A DNA stretch of 62,271 nt, the filler included, from Platydemus manokwari (lineage: Eukaryota), in the NCBI GenBank assembly GCA_037951405.1. It is 5 parts of 5 records of this genome, joined end to end, with 100 filler letters (N's around TTAATTAATTAA, not from the genome) between each part and the next. Parts side by side here need not be neighbours in the genome. Positions count along the whole stretch, not along the records: positions 35,428 to 50,740 come from JBBMOY011303650.1; positions 50,841 to 62,271 come from JBBMOY010675541.1; 3 more parts are not named here. One strand, 5' to 3'. Of this stretch, positions 50,128-62,271 are shown piece after piece. A program made the position numbers and the translations under genes. Position 1 is the stretch's first letter. The number at the start of each line of letters is the position of its first letter. The notes under the pieces were generated by a model. That model was not told the origin of the DNA, made no database searches, and saw nothing but the letters and a program-made list of their open reading frames with translations.

Positions 50128-50231
50128 TTCAAACACCTACTGATGATATCCTAACACCTATGATTGCTAACAAGATTATATGTTTCGGCTGGCAGTTGTT
50201 AGTAGCAACTATTTTCAGTGGGTGTTTGGAA
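50128..50231. mobile_element. Inverted pair of degenerate minimal hammerhead motifs, probable Penelope-like pLTR relic in a DTHD1-like intron
   Basis: + strand AAACACCTA-CTGATGA-TA (50131-50148). The - strand reads AAACACCCA-CTGAAAA-TAGTTG...CAGCC-GAAA-CATATA (50227-50177). The two arms are inverted copies of each other. Confidence 0.45.
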
Positions 50232-50740
50232 TACCGACAGCGCGTCTTTAAATGATAGCTATTTTACGTTAGCCAGAAACTGGGTTGTTTATTTTAGATA
50301 TAATATGGATTAAAATTTTCCATGATTTTTTATTATTTCGTAACATTAAAACTTCCATAAAAAATCAAATTTTATTATAATAACAATTATATTGAATTTC
50401 TCCTTCACATAAATAAAAGAAAAAATATTTGTTATATAATGAATGAAAATATTATGCTGTTGATTCGAAATTATATTAATACGGATACACAAAAATAAAG
50501 CACAAATGATACTTTGTACAATTATTGTCTAATATTATGATAATAAGTTGATTTTGATAATTGTACCTATTGGTGTGATCGGTATGCAACAAATAAGGGG
50601 AAATTAAGGTTTTTATAAAAGTTGATTTTGGAGAGCTGAAACGATGACAAAAGATAAGATTAAGGTACTTTCCTGTTATCCGGGATGCAGACAAAACAAT
50701 TAATATATAAAATAATATTTAATCAATATATTTAATTTAG

Positions 50741-50840
50741 NNNNNNNNNNNNNNNNNNNNNNNNNNNNNNNNNNNNNNNNNNNNTTAATTAATTAANNNN
50801 NNNNNNNNNNNNNNNNNNNNNNNNNNNNNNNNNNNNNNNN
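50741..50840. other. Artificial contig linker
   Basis: 44N-TTAATTAATTAA-44N. Confidence 0.97.
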
Positions 50841-51866
50841 TGAAAAATGAATTTGAGTGAAATGACAGTTGGTTCGAATCCATATTTGTGTAATTTAGTA
50901 AATGGTTATTAGTTTTAAATTAGTGAAAATATGAATATAAAAATGAAATTTAATGTTATTCTTATTGTGAATTGCAAATGATTATTATTCTACTTGTCAT
51001 ATTTATTAATAGACTGTATATATAACTGTATATATGCGTTTAAGTAGACGAGTGTGTCTGAGTGTTTTATTATTGGTCGAGATCAGTATATCGCTTACAT
51101 TATGCATTGGTTCCATGTTTTACTGTTGCCTAATGGTAAAAATTTGTATTTGGAGAACGTTTCAGATTTGATCACTTTAATACGGTTTCAGTTAACATTT
51201 GGTGCTGCCACTTTAACGAATCCAATTCAAATTCACATTGTTTCCATATTTCTTTATTCACATTATATCTTTCCTTCAATTATAGTGGATTTTTGAGCAA
51301 TAGAAATACTTCTGACATCATTGTAATAATTATTTTTCATATTATTTGAATGTATATATTTTATTTTTATATTTTGTTGATAAAGTCAGTTGTAACTTAT
51401 TCCTATTTCATAAAGCTCGGATTTAAAATAAACTGAAAAGTCGTTATTGAGTACTCTATATATTTATCTATATAAAAATCTCTAATTCTAATATCTTCAT
51501 TATATGTTTTTTCTTGGCTAGAAGACTTGCTTATTGAACTAAATAATTGAAAATGACGAATAAAATGTTATTTTTGTGATTATTTCTAGCAATAATGGGA
51601 TTATAATTTAAAAATAATGTGGTTTCGACCAATTTCTTCGCTAAATCTTGATGTTGATATTCATATTTTCATCCTTAAAGACCAGCAGATTTCTTGTAAA
51701 TAATAAAGAAGCAAAACCATGTGTTGATGGATGATTGAATTGTCCGCTAAATGTCCGCGATGTGTTGAATCGAATGGTTCCTGTATTTATAATTATAATA
51801 TCAACACAAATAATTAATCGATATTTAATTAAAATATTATTAATAAAATCAATATTATTGTTCCAG

Positions 51867-54800
51867 TTCGTCGGAAACGTAAACATGAATGTAATAAAAA
51901 TTGTTCAATCTGTAAAAATGAGCTCCATTCAAAAATCATCAAAAAAAGTGATAAAAAACAAGAATCGAAGAATATCATCCATCCGAAAAGTCAAGAAGCT
52001 GAAGATCTGTTATTGAAATCGAAACATATAAAATTTGCTCGCCGATCGAATTCTGTGCCAAACATATCAAATCATGTAAGTAAAAATTGATAAATGGGAA
52101 TGATGCTGTATAAAAAAATATGGTGTTCAGAATGATGTTAGCGGCAATACATCAACGGGTAATGCAAGGAAAGCTATTAAAGCATTTAATGAAAACGAAG
52201 TCGTCAATAGGTATTTCAGTAATACCGAATTTCTTCAGCATATTAATGAATATAATCCCGTAAAAATAATTATTCACTTATTTATATTTATAATTTTATC
52301 TCTTAATCTAGAATCTTCTTCAGATTGTGGTTCAGATTTGCGATGCTAGTGCTAATAGGTATTTCTATTAGTTTCCATTACGTTGCTATGNNNNNNNNNN
52401 NNNNNNNNNNNNNNNNNNNNNNNNNNNNNNNNNNNNNNNNNNNNNNNNNNNNNNNNNNNNNNNNNNNNNNNNNNNNNNNNNNNNNNNNNNNNNNNNNNNN
52501 NNNNNNNNNNNNNNNNNNNTGGTAATGACAATATTCAACCAAGCACCAGTCAGAGAGAAGTGACGTTTTTGAATAATACGGATACCAGTATGGATTTTAT
52601 CGATGGTTTAATTGATGGGAAAAACTGACATCATCAATATTTTCAGATAAACGTCAGCTGAATAATAATTTAAAAAACGTTCGGTCTCAGAAAAAAACCA
52701 ATAATCTGCGATTGCTTCAATCGTTTCTACGTGATAATAATTTCGCCAATGTATGTAATAATATGTTTTCAAATATCTGTTGCGCAGCTACTGGTGTGGA
52801 ACACAGCTGTGAACAAAACAGTATCATGACGGGAATGCAACAAACCGATGATGATTTGACTTTGGATGACGATTGTAGATCCACTTCCCGATCGTCTTCC
52901 TCAACGGAAGATGAGGAAATCGTGGCAAATAGATTGTTGGATGCATCGTTCTATGAGTGTTTAGCCAAACCGGGTTATACTTTATTATGGGACATTTTAG
53001 GAGAGAAGAAATATTATTCTCTTAGCTCATCGTGTCGATTATTAGCTCCACGTTTGTTTCTTCAAGTATTGGTTTGATTTGTATTTAAAAAAATTGTNNN
53101 NNNNNNNNNNNNNNNNNNNNNNNNNNNNNNNNNNNNNNNNNNNNNNNNNNNNNNNNNNNNNNNNNNNNNNNNNNNNNNNNNNNNNNNNNNNNNNNNNNNN
53201 NNNNNNNNNNNNNNNNNNNNNNNNNNNNNNNNNNNNNNNNNNNNNNNNNNNNNNNNNNNNNNTTACTATTATAATTCTCATCATTATCATAATAATTATT
53301 AATATTTTGTTATTATTATTATTGTTAATATAGATGCTTGAAAGCTTCAATGAGGACAATATTCGATTGTTGTTTCTGAAAGGATGCATTGAAAACATAA
53401 CAATTGGCCAGTAATTTACTTTTATTATATGTGTATAATTGTTCTTTGAATCTTATAATAATAATAATTTCATAATAATATTACGACAATACTTTATAAT
53501 AATAATTTTGTTCTTCTTATCTGCTGGTACCCTTAAATATATTTTGTTGACATATTTAATCGACTTCTTATATACTGAATAGTAAATTCTAAAAATATTC
53601 ATAATAATCTAAGAGAAAGGAATTCAAAATATTTCAGGATTTATTTGAAGAAGTATTTTTGGTCGAGAAATTTTGTTAAAAAACATTATTATATTACATT
53701 TATAAATACAATTATAAGAAAATTTAATTTTAATAATAATAATTATTATTGTGCCAATAAGTTGTCCATCAACAGTCGATTTCGATTTGGTTTTTCTATT
53801 CATCAGTATCGAGTAGATCTTGAATTTTTCATTACATGATTTGGTTAATAGTGGATTTGAACTGGGATCATCACTTGCAATTGGACGGTTGATGCTTGTT
53901 ATGATACGATTTCGATTCCAAACCATTGATAATTCTAACATTGTAGTCCATTATGCTCATAACTACCTGAATGGATTATGAAATCATCCTCATTTCAATC
54001 TCATTCACAGTCACTTATAACTGGGCTAGAAAATACTTATTAAAATAATATTAGCTTACTTATGGGTAATATCAGTTTGATACCATTAAGCATGTCGAAT
54101 CAAACCGTTCCTATGTTTCTCATTCCAATCATATGATTGTTTATAATCGAATAAAAATTCTATCTGTGCCATTAGCACTGTATAAATGAAATTTGATATA
54201 TCAAATATAATAACAGATAAGTGTGTTTAACAAGTTTAAATATATAATGTAACAAAATGCTTCATTAAATAATATTTAAGCTCGAAAACCATCTCTTTGA
54301 AATTGATTGGTCCTATCATTCGACTTCTCAGTTCACGCCGTGACAGCAGATCTACATTCAGGTAACACCGAAAAACCACATAAACGATTATTTGAGATAA
54401 CTTCCAGACAATTTTTCAAAACCAATAATGTTGTTCAAATATTATTGAAGGAATTAGTTGATTATAAGACTTTAATGATTGAGAAACTTCAGTTACTGGA
54501 AAATGAATCTTCATCCGATCGGTGTGTTCAATAAAGCAATCACAATTAAGATATTTAATCCTTATAAATGTAGAACTCATTCAGAATTACTTGATGATAT
54601 TGTACTGAGATTAGAAGTTCTCGGACTCGTCTTCACTGAAATAAATGATGATCGAAATTCTAATAGTGAATCACCAGCTGATATACATTTTATCGGGAAT
54701 AACGAAGAAGAACTGAATGATATGGCGGATATTATCTGGCAAGCATTAATTCAAGATATGCCCGCCTTCATAACAGATATTACGTTTAGCTGGTGGCTTA

Positions 54801-57800
54801 GCCTCTTTAAGGTTTGACAAATTGTTATTATTATTATTAATATGATCTCAATATATATTTTTATGAAATTCAATTTTTCCTCCAGGAAAGTATCAACATA
54901 TTTAGCTCTGCTAATATCAAACATATCATTGAAGACCTTTTCCCCACTATTCCACCTTCCAAATTGACAATAATGGCTCTGGAACTCTATCAATGCTTAA
55001 TGAGAAAAGAACGAAATCTAATTTTTCAATTGAAGCAAAGCATTGTTAGTCGTTGTCATTGTCCATTTATTCCTATGGTGAAAATTGTGTTTGTAGGATA
55101 ATGATTTCATTTGGCAAGCTGCTGTGTATGCCGAAAATGCGGATGTCAGTGTAATGGCTATTAAAATTAACGCCATGATCTCTTTGGAATGTGAGCATTG
55201 CACATTTGATATCATCATGTATAGATAGATTATATATTTGCTATTCGTCATAAATTATTCCTTTAGGTTCTACTTTTATTAGTGTAGGGTTTGAATGTAA
55301 TACGAGAAACAATTAAGTCAAATGATTTCAAAATTATTTTATAACATTTAATTAAATAATAATGGTATAGAATAATCAATATTCTGAAACACTTTAAGTT
55401 AAGTTGACTAGAACTGGTCACAGTTAATCATACTAGCTAGAAATAACTAGTTTTATACGGTATAATTTATTTAACACAATTACATAATCTTATCAACGTC
55501 TTGGGAGGTTTATTAGATTGTACCAACTGACAATTGGGCAATCACTAATCAACATGCAATCAAACAACATACACACATTATACATACGACATTCACATTT
55601 CGATTTACGAATCTCCTTTACAATACTGTTTTGTTGAAAAGACACTTTTGAGATAGCTCGAAATCTAGTCCTACGTTTTTTCAAATATAGTCTGGTAATA
55701 ACCCAAACTATCGATTATTTACCATGGTTACAATAGTAATCTAACTCGAGTAAATCAATTAAGTTTATTAAAACACATTAAACAATGATAAATAAATAAA
55801 ATGATATTTAACTGTCACTGTTTAATAATAAGTTTCCAATATCAACAAATGAACTATTAAATCATCTCATTAAATAAAGATGAATTTCAATTGGGATTCC
55901 TTTGAATTTTGTATATTTTCATTTATACTCGAATCATCTGATATTTATAACATGATATCATGTATACAGTTTTCCTTGAATATTTAGATTGCATTGATTG
56001 AATACAATCGATTTTTCTAAATCATCACGGGTTTTCATTTCTGTTTACTAAAACTCTGAATTTCTTTCAAATATTTATTGTCATTTTTGTTGAATATTTC
56101 GTCTAAATAAATCATGACAGATCTTCATATATTTCAAGATTTTGATATTCTTTTCATATTTTGAGCAGTTACGTGCGTGCGGATAATTTATAAGTGTAAG
56201 AAAATCATCTGGTGATGATAATGTAATATAAAATATCTATTTAAGAAAAATATGTCCAGTGTTTTAACTGACTAAATCTGACTCCAGAACTAATTTTATA
56301 TCTTGATAATTAAATTAATAATTTGTTTTATGGTGTAAAACTTGTAACAAAATCAAAACAAAAGTAGCTTCGAAAGGTATGAATATACACGCTCATTGGT
56401 GTATTCATTATGGATTCAGTGAAATCATGTTAGGTCAAAGCTGTTTCAATCTTTTTAGTTTCGTGAGTTTAGGATATCCCAATCTTGAATCTAGGATATC
56501 CCAATCTTGAATCTAGGATATCCCAATCTTGAATCTAGGATATCCCATTCTTGAATCTAGGATTATGGATATGAAATTGTTGATATAATTCAACATTTAA
56601 GTCTAATTATCTGTATTTATTATTATGGTTTGCTTTGGTTCGTTTCAAATTCTATCCGAAGAATATGCAGATGACAATATCTTCTACCAGTTATTTCAGA
56701 AGTTCCCTGTTCAGAGTGATCTTTTGAATTTCTAATTTAATAATTTCTATATTTGATTTCATTAAAACAATAATGAGTCTAGACTTTCTATAACATGAGA
56801 GTTACTGATGAGCATGAGTAGTGTAGGTATATTATTTATTAAAAACTCAATAAAGTGAAGTATTGCCATTTTCAATATTCATCCTTAATCTTTGCTTTAT
56901 AAGTAGATATTACAAGGCTCTGTTAAACGACTTGTTTCATTAATCCACCCTGTGCTCATATTAATACGGGTCGTGGAATTTATTTCAAGTGAGCATACAT
57001 GGTACATAAGCGAAAGTGTCAAACATCAAGTTCTAATTCACTTGAATATTGTTTTCCAAAAAACATATTGATTTCTTATGAGGTTCCATCCATAAATTGC
57101 TTTTAATTCTCAAATCTTAATGGCCCGTTTGAAAATATGATAATAATAATATATATATATATATATTTCAAATCTCGTTTATAACGATACAATAAAATGA
57201 TATTTTCTTGCATTTTTTCTCTTAAGATCTGAAAGAAAACGTAGAAAGATACTGTTTGGAAAATCTCAATGAAGAGATATGTGAAATAGTTAAACATGAA
57301 TTTGGATTGATTGATGTCAATGGAAATCTGGGTCGGATTAATACGTATCTGTCGAAATGTATTTTATCATTGAAGAATGGTATCGAAACAATCAATAGAA
57401 TATATCATCAATCTTTGAAAGGATCGCAACATATCGTTGATGTGGCACCGACAACCGTTGATAATATTCTCATCACCATTCAGAGAATTCTCAATATTCT
57501 CCATAGCTTATTATTGGAATTTACCAAACATTTTGCATTTTCAATCACATCGAGAATCATAGCGATGGGTGAAGTGCCGAATTATGCAATGTGTTTTATT
57601 GATTCTAAATGGAATTGGGTCAAACCTCTCTATCCGAAAAGCCAAGAAATATCGATTTCATTGATTTTGAATGATAAAAAAGTAATTTGCATATTTGAAA
57701 TGATTTTTTCATTATGCCTTGTACTAATATCGATTGTGTATGGTTGTGGAATATTTCTGTAAATGGTTTTTATATTTCATTCAAGAAACCAAACAGAGCA

Positions 57801-60800
57801 TGTGCTAATGTATATATTGATTTTTAAATTAAAGTAAATTACATTGATAATAATCGTAATGTTTAATGAGTATTTGCTGATTTTTTTGATTCACAATATA
57901 TTTCACTCATTTGTCATTCATCGATACCAGATATGAGATTTATAATTCGTGTATCTATGGATTCGTTATTATTTACCGTTATGATTTAATCAATAAATTG
58001 TGATTGGTTGGATTTTGGTGCCAGTTAGAATATATCTTATAATGACAACAAAGGCTTTTAAATTTTATCAATGGCATTTTAATGTTAATAAGCTTTAAAA
58101 ATTGATTAATTGTATTAAAATAATGATATAATCTGGCCTGAGATCTATTGATTTGAAACCATGGGTTGTCATAAAAATATATTTACCATAAAATAATTAG
58201 TATTTGGTGAAGACGAATAAAAATTCTAAGTTTACTAATATTGCATAAATAAAAATTCCACCTTACATTCCATTTAATAGAAACTATTCAATGTTCAGAT
58301 TCTTCTATTGCATTTTTCACACCACATTTTCGGGGTCATTCGGGCAGAAGCAGTCTACATATACAGAAATAATTGCAATTCGTTCAGTCCAAATACCACA
58401 ACCGATTCGCAATTTTGTGGAATCGTTCGGCTCTATGTTGAAGGTGTAGAAATCAAACCGGAAAATGATTATAAATGCTTACAAGAATTAAATATCAATG
58501 ATGGATGTTCGATTATTGTCTGCAAATGTGAGACGAACACAGCTAGCCATATCGAATTTATTAAATCCGAACTGTTTTCATCATCGAAGGATTATTTATA
58601 CCAAATACCTGACTGTTATTTGCCACAAGTCTCTGAATGTCCTTTTAATATTTATCGAATATTGACACAGCCAGAATTTTTCAATACATTCTATCAGGAA
58701 ATATTCTATAATCTCATGAAGCTTCTCCATACCGATGAACTGGGCAATGGGTTTTCTACTTCTACGAAATATCGGCTATGGTTACTGACTCGAAACATGC
58801 TGGAAATTATATATCTTCTATCGAAATGGATCGGCGCTGACCATCCCTTTATTCAATCGATATCAATGGTACAATCAGAAATGGATTTTAAAAAGCTATT
58901 CGATCTATCATCACCGTATTCTTTGATAATCAATTTACGATTGACTCAGAATATTTGTCAAGGCTTGTGTCGAAACATCAGTCCACAGAGTTTTCTCACT
59001 ATCTTACAACGAAACAATGGAATGCTTGTATTCATTAATTTAGTGAAATCCATCAATGACCAATTTCAAAATACAGCTCAAGAATTAAGTTTCTGGTTGC
59101 TAGATATTCTCGGATGTCTGTTGGATATTTTATTTTATGTCATCAAATCTGATTCGAGCTTGTCTTGGAAGTCAATCGTTCAGAATGGTGATTTTCCGCT
59201 CGTATTATTCAACATTTCTGTTTCTCTTGCTCGAGTTAATCGGCCTGCATCGACAAATAAACATCAGTTGAAATCCGAAACCGAAATCGATTGTTTGAAA
59301 TTAACTATTCGATTAATGACAAGCATTTTACCCAGCACCAATATATCGATAATCAATAATTCCAGTGTCATGTCGGATTGGATTCGAATGCTTGTTATTG
59401 ATTGTCCGACGAAACAATTACGATTGGATGTCGTATCGTTCCTGTCAAATATATGCGAGCGAGACACTGTCATGTCGTTAGTGATCTTCAAATCGGCCAT
59501 CACAAATTTATCGATAGCCAGTGAAAAATGCAACTTAATCGCTATTTGTAAAGTCGATCTGGATCTACAGAAGAATAAATATTTCGTCATCAAAGATGAT
59601 TCCTGTGAACATAATTATTTTGATTTGTTGAGAATAATTATTGATTTCTTTCCCAATAATCACGAATCGTATGATACGACATTATTAGCAATAGATTTGG
59701 TTGTCAATATTATCGATAACAGAACGATTTATGAGAGACGTCCATTGAAATTTGAAGATATCACACTGATAGGTCTGATTAAAGTTTTACGAAGATTGAC
59801 TGCCTCGCTTATATCGTCACAACATCGCAGCTCGAATTGCATTGCGATTCTAAACGAGGTTGTTTGTAAGGTTTTCAGTTGGATGTTCAAAATCTCGAAC
59901 AAAACCGGAATTTCATCGTCGGGACCAATTGTAATGTCGATGAAATTTCTTGATCTTCAAACCAATACCTTACCAAAGTTCAAAGGTCAACTATTACGTC
60001 GACTCGTATTTGAGTTGTTACTTGATTTTTGTCAAATCTCCACGGAAATATTTCAAACTCTCTGTGCTAAAATAGTTGGCATTCACATCGATCGTTCCAG
60101 TCATGATGATGCAAAAATGTTCTCTCTCGAATATTGGCCAAGAGACGATCTCAGAGAGGAGACGGGATTCTGTGGTATCATTAATTTGGGTGCTACTTGT
60201 TACCTAGCAACGACATTGCAACATTTGTTCATGATTCCTGATTGTCGGAAATTGATCTTAGAATGTACCGAATCGGGTCTGAAATGGTTCAGTAAGTTGC
60301 AATCGATTTTTTCGTTTCTCCAATTTTCCGAACGAAGCGGTCTCAATCCGAAAGCTTTTTGCGATGTTTACGAAATGAATAAACAAGTCATCAACACTGG
60401 TGAACAGAAAGACATGTCTGAATTTTTCAGTGATCTGATTGGAAAACTGGAAACGGTATCATCGACATTGAAAAATGGTATTAAAAATCTATTCGGTGGT
60501 GAATCTAGTAGTTATATCGTGTCTCTCGATTGTCCCCATCAAAGCCGTATACCGGAAGAATTTTATTTCCTGAGTCTAAATGTTAACAATATGACCAGTC
60601 TTCAGCAGTCATTTGCACATTTCGTTGAAAAAGATATCTTAGATGGCAATAACAAATATCGATGCAGTGAATGTGACAATTTGGTTCGAGCGGAAAAGAG
60701 AACGTGTCTGACGAAATTACCATCGATTCTGTGTTTGAATATCATGCGCTATTATTTCGATGTGAACACTCTGCGACGAGAGAAATTGAACAATTTCTTT

Positions 60801-62024
60801 GAGTTTCCAATGCAACTGGACGTGGAACCGTTTATGAAGCATTCGCTAATGCCAGTTGAACCTTACACCAATGTGACGGGCAATTACAAGTACCGATTGA
60901 TTGGCATAACAGTTCATTCCGGTACCAGTGAAAGTGGTCATTATTACAGTTTCATCAAAGATCGTAGCGATGGCAAAGCTTTGTTTTGGAACGATCAGAA
61001 TTCCTCGTCAGATAAATGGTTCTGTTTCAACGATTCCAAAGTCAAATGTTTCGATCCGACAAATATTCCATCGGAATGTTTCGGTGGATTGAATGTCAAC
61101 AAGAGAAACATTGAGACGTCGCAATTGTTTCTGGGAACATCTGAGTACAAAACTAATAATGCCTATATGCTTTTCTATGAAAGAGTGTCTGTCAATGATT
61201 CACGTAAAGAACCGAGATCAATGGAAATCAATGTTCCACCGAATATTTATGCAGCCATTGAAAATGAAAACCAAAAATTTCTTCGCGACTGTTTACTGTT
61301 CGATGTCAATTATTTCCAATTCCTTCTGCAATTCGGAACGAATGTTCCAAGATTAATCAGCAAACCACAAACGGAAATTATTGTGACAACCGATGTCGGT
61401 AAAGTGTGTGCATCGTTTATTCTCGAAGTGTTGCTTCATTCGAGAGAAAAACCAGAACTCAGTCAATGGGTCGAATTATTATTTCGAATCATTTCATCTT
61501 GTCGACCATCTCAATTGTGGCTGATCGATTTTATGACAACAGAAAGCAAATGGATCACTCAATATCTTTTCCTCTGTACCGATAAAATCGTGAGAAATCT
61601 CTTTATCAAATTTGTACAGGAACTTGTCAAATTGTTATTAGCGGAAAATGATAAGAGTACGGGTTTTGAAATCATTTCAAAAAAGATCAAACAACTCATC
61701 AAATCACTTCTCGATGCTCTATCTTTGACGTGTTCTGATATCAATAATGTTTCATCGATCAATATGAAATTGAATCAATTCGATGAACCGATTTTAGCAG
61801 GAGTGGCTCGACCGACATTGATCCAATGTGGCACCAATAATTCCACATGTTCTCGATTCAATTCAAATAATTATCCCGATCAATTGGAGAATTATTTCGA
61901 TTTATTTATTTCTCTGATTAAAATCAGTCAAGAAATAATGTTGCCAATTATTTTCAAATCCGGTGGACTTCATCATTTAATTATGTATTATCTCAATATA
62001 CGACTATGTGACTCTGAAGTGAAG
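51867..62024 (+). CDS. USP34: Ubiquitin carboxyl-terminal hydrolase 34, partial; well-supported exons 52647-53065, 53334-53410, 54281-54361, 54408-54521, 54574-54811, 54886-55044, 55097-55190, 57227-57681, 58299-62024; less certain exons at 51867-52075, 52131-~52260, ~52520-52605 and possibly ~51047-51290
   Basis: Cys box YWP...GIINLGATCYLATTLQHL, QKDMSEFF, His box HSGTSESGHYYSFI and WFCFNDSKV. N-terminal USP34-like segments include PGYTLLWDI, IRLLFLKGCIENI, ISLKLI, DIIWQAL, FIWQAAVYAENADVS and IRAE. Intron phases are consistent from 52647 to 62024. Confidence 0.92.
52391..52519. other. Intra-scaffold sequence gap (129 N)
   Basis: N run without the TTAA linker, inside the USP34 gene. Confidence 0.95.
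53098..53262. other. Intra-scaffold sequence gap (165 N) within a USP34 intron
   Basis: N run followed by (ATT)n-like sequence; the flanking exons splice in phase across it. Confidence 0.95.
56470..56563. repeat. Minisatellite, 22-bp unit TAGGATATCCCAATCTTGAATC x 4.3, in a USP34 intron
   Basis: Three identical units, a fourth with one substitution, then a partial TAGGAT. Confidence 0.95.
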
Positions 62025-62271
62025 GTGAGATTTATTCATTTAATATAATAATTATAAATAATAATAATAATTATTATTGTTATTAATATTATTATTATTT
62101 TAATTATACTTAATGGTTACAATTGTGAGATTAATAAAATTTAATTATATAATGATAAAATAATAATAATTTCATTATTTTTCTCTTAAATTAAAATTCA
62201 ATCATAATTTAATAATAATATAATTAAAAAATTTAAATAATAATCTCGATGATTTAATAATAATTTCTAAA

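Noticed and set aside
53769-53812. Minus-strand CTGATGA-N16-GAAA-TCGAC hammerhead-like string in a USP34 intron
   Set aside because: Stem II does not pair and the conserved U before the cleavage site is missing; at best a heavily decayed relic.

Overview
AT-rich eukaryotic (animal) genomic DNA with very short 40-60 bp GT-AG introns; the style is compatible with a triclad flatworm, but the species cannot be proven from the sequence. The window is not one locus: four identical 100-bp artificial linkers (44N-TTAATTAATTAA-44N) join five separate pieces. A (1-13419): satellite array of ~32-bp units (11+11+10 bp) with an apparently exact 5192-bp higher-order duplication and six GC-rich palindromic islands. 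B (13520-23555): 3' part of a 7-exon gene of unknown function, decayed Ty3/Gypsy and Hsp70-like relics, the MLH3 endonuclease-domain exon and a hAT-type MITE. C (23656-35327): three 5' exons of a probable transcription repressor with two eh1-like motifs, and on the opposite strand two exons of an I-set Ig-domain gene. D (35428-50740): a DTHD1-like ZU5-ZU5 gene whose N-terminus is encoded by a 6847-bp giant exon studded with Cys-Cys motifs, plus a Penelope-type hammerhead relic in an intron. E (50841-62271): most of a USP34 gene. The best leads are the giant-exon DTHD1-like protein and the layered satellite with its palindromic islands. No CRISPR array, rRNA or intact tRNA was seen. All homology calls are from remembered family motifs, not from database searches.
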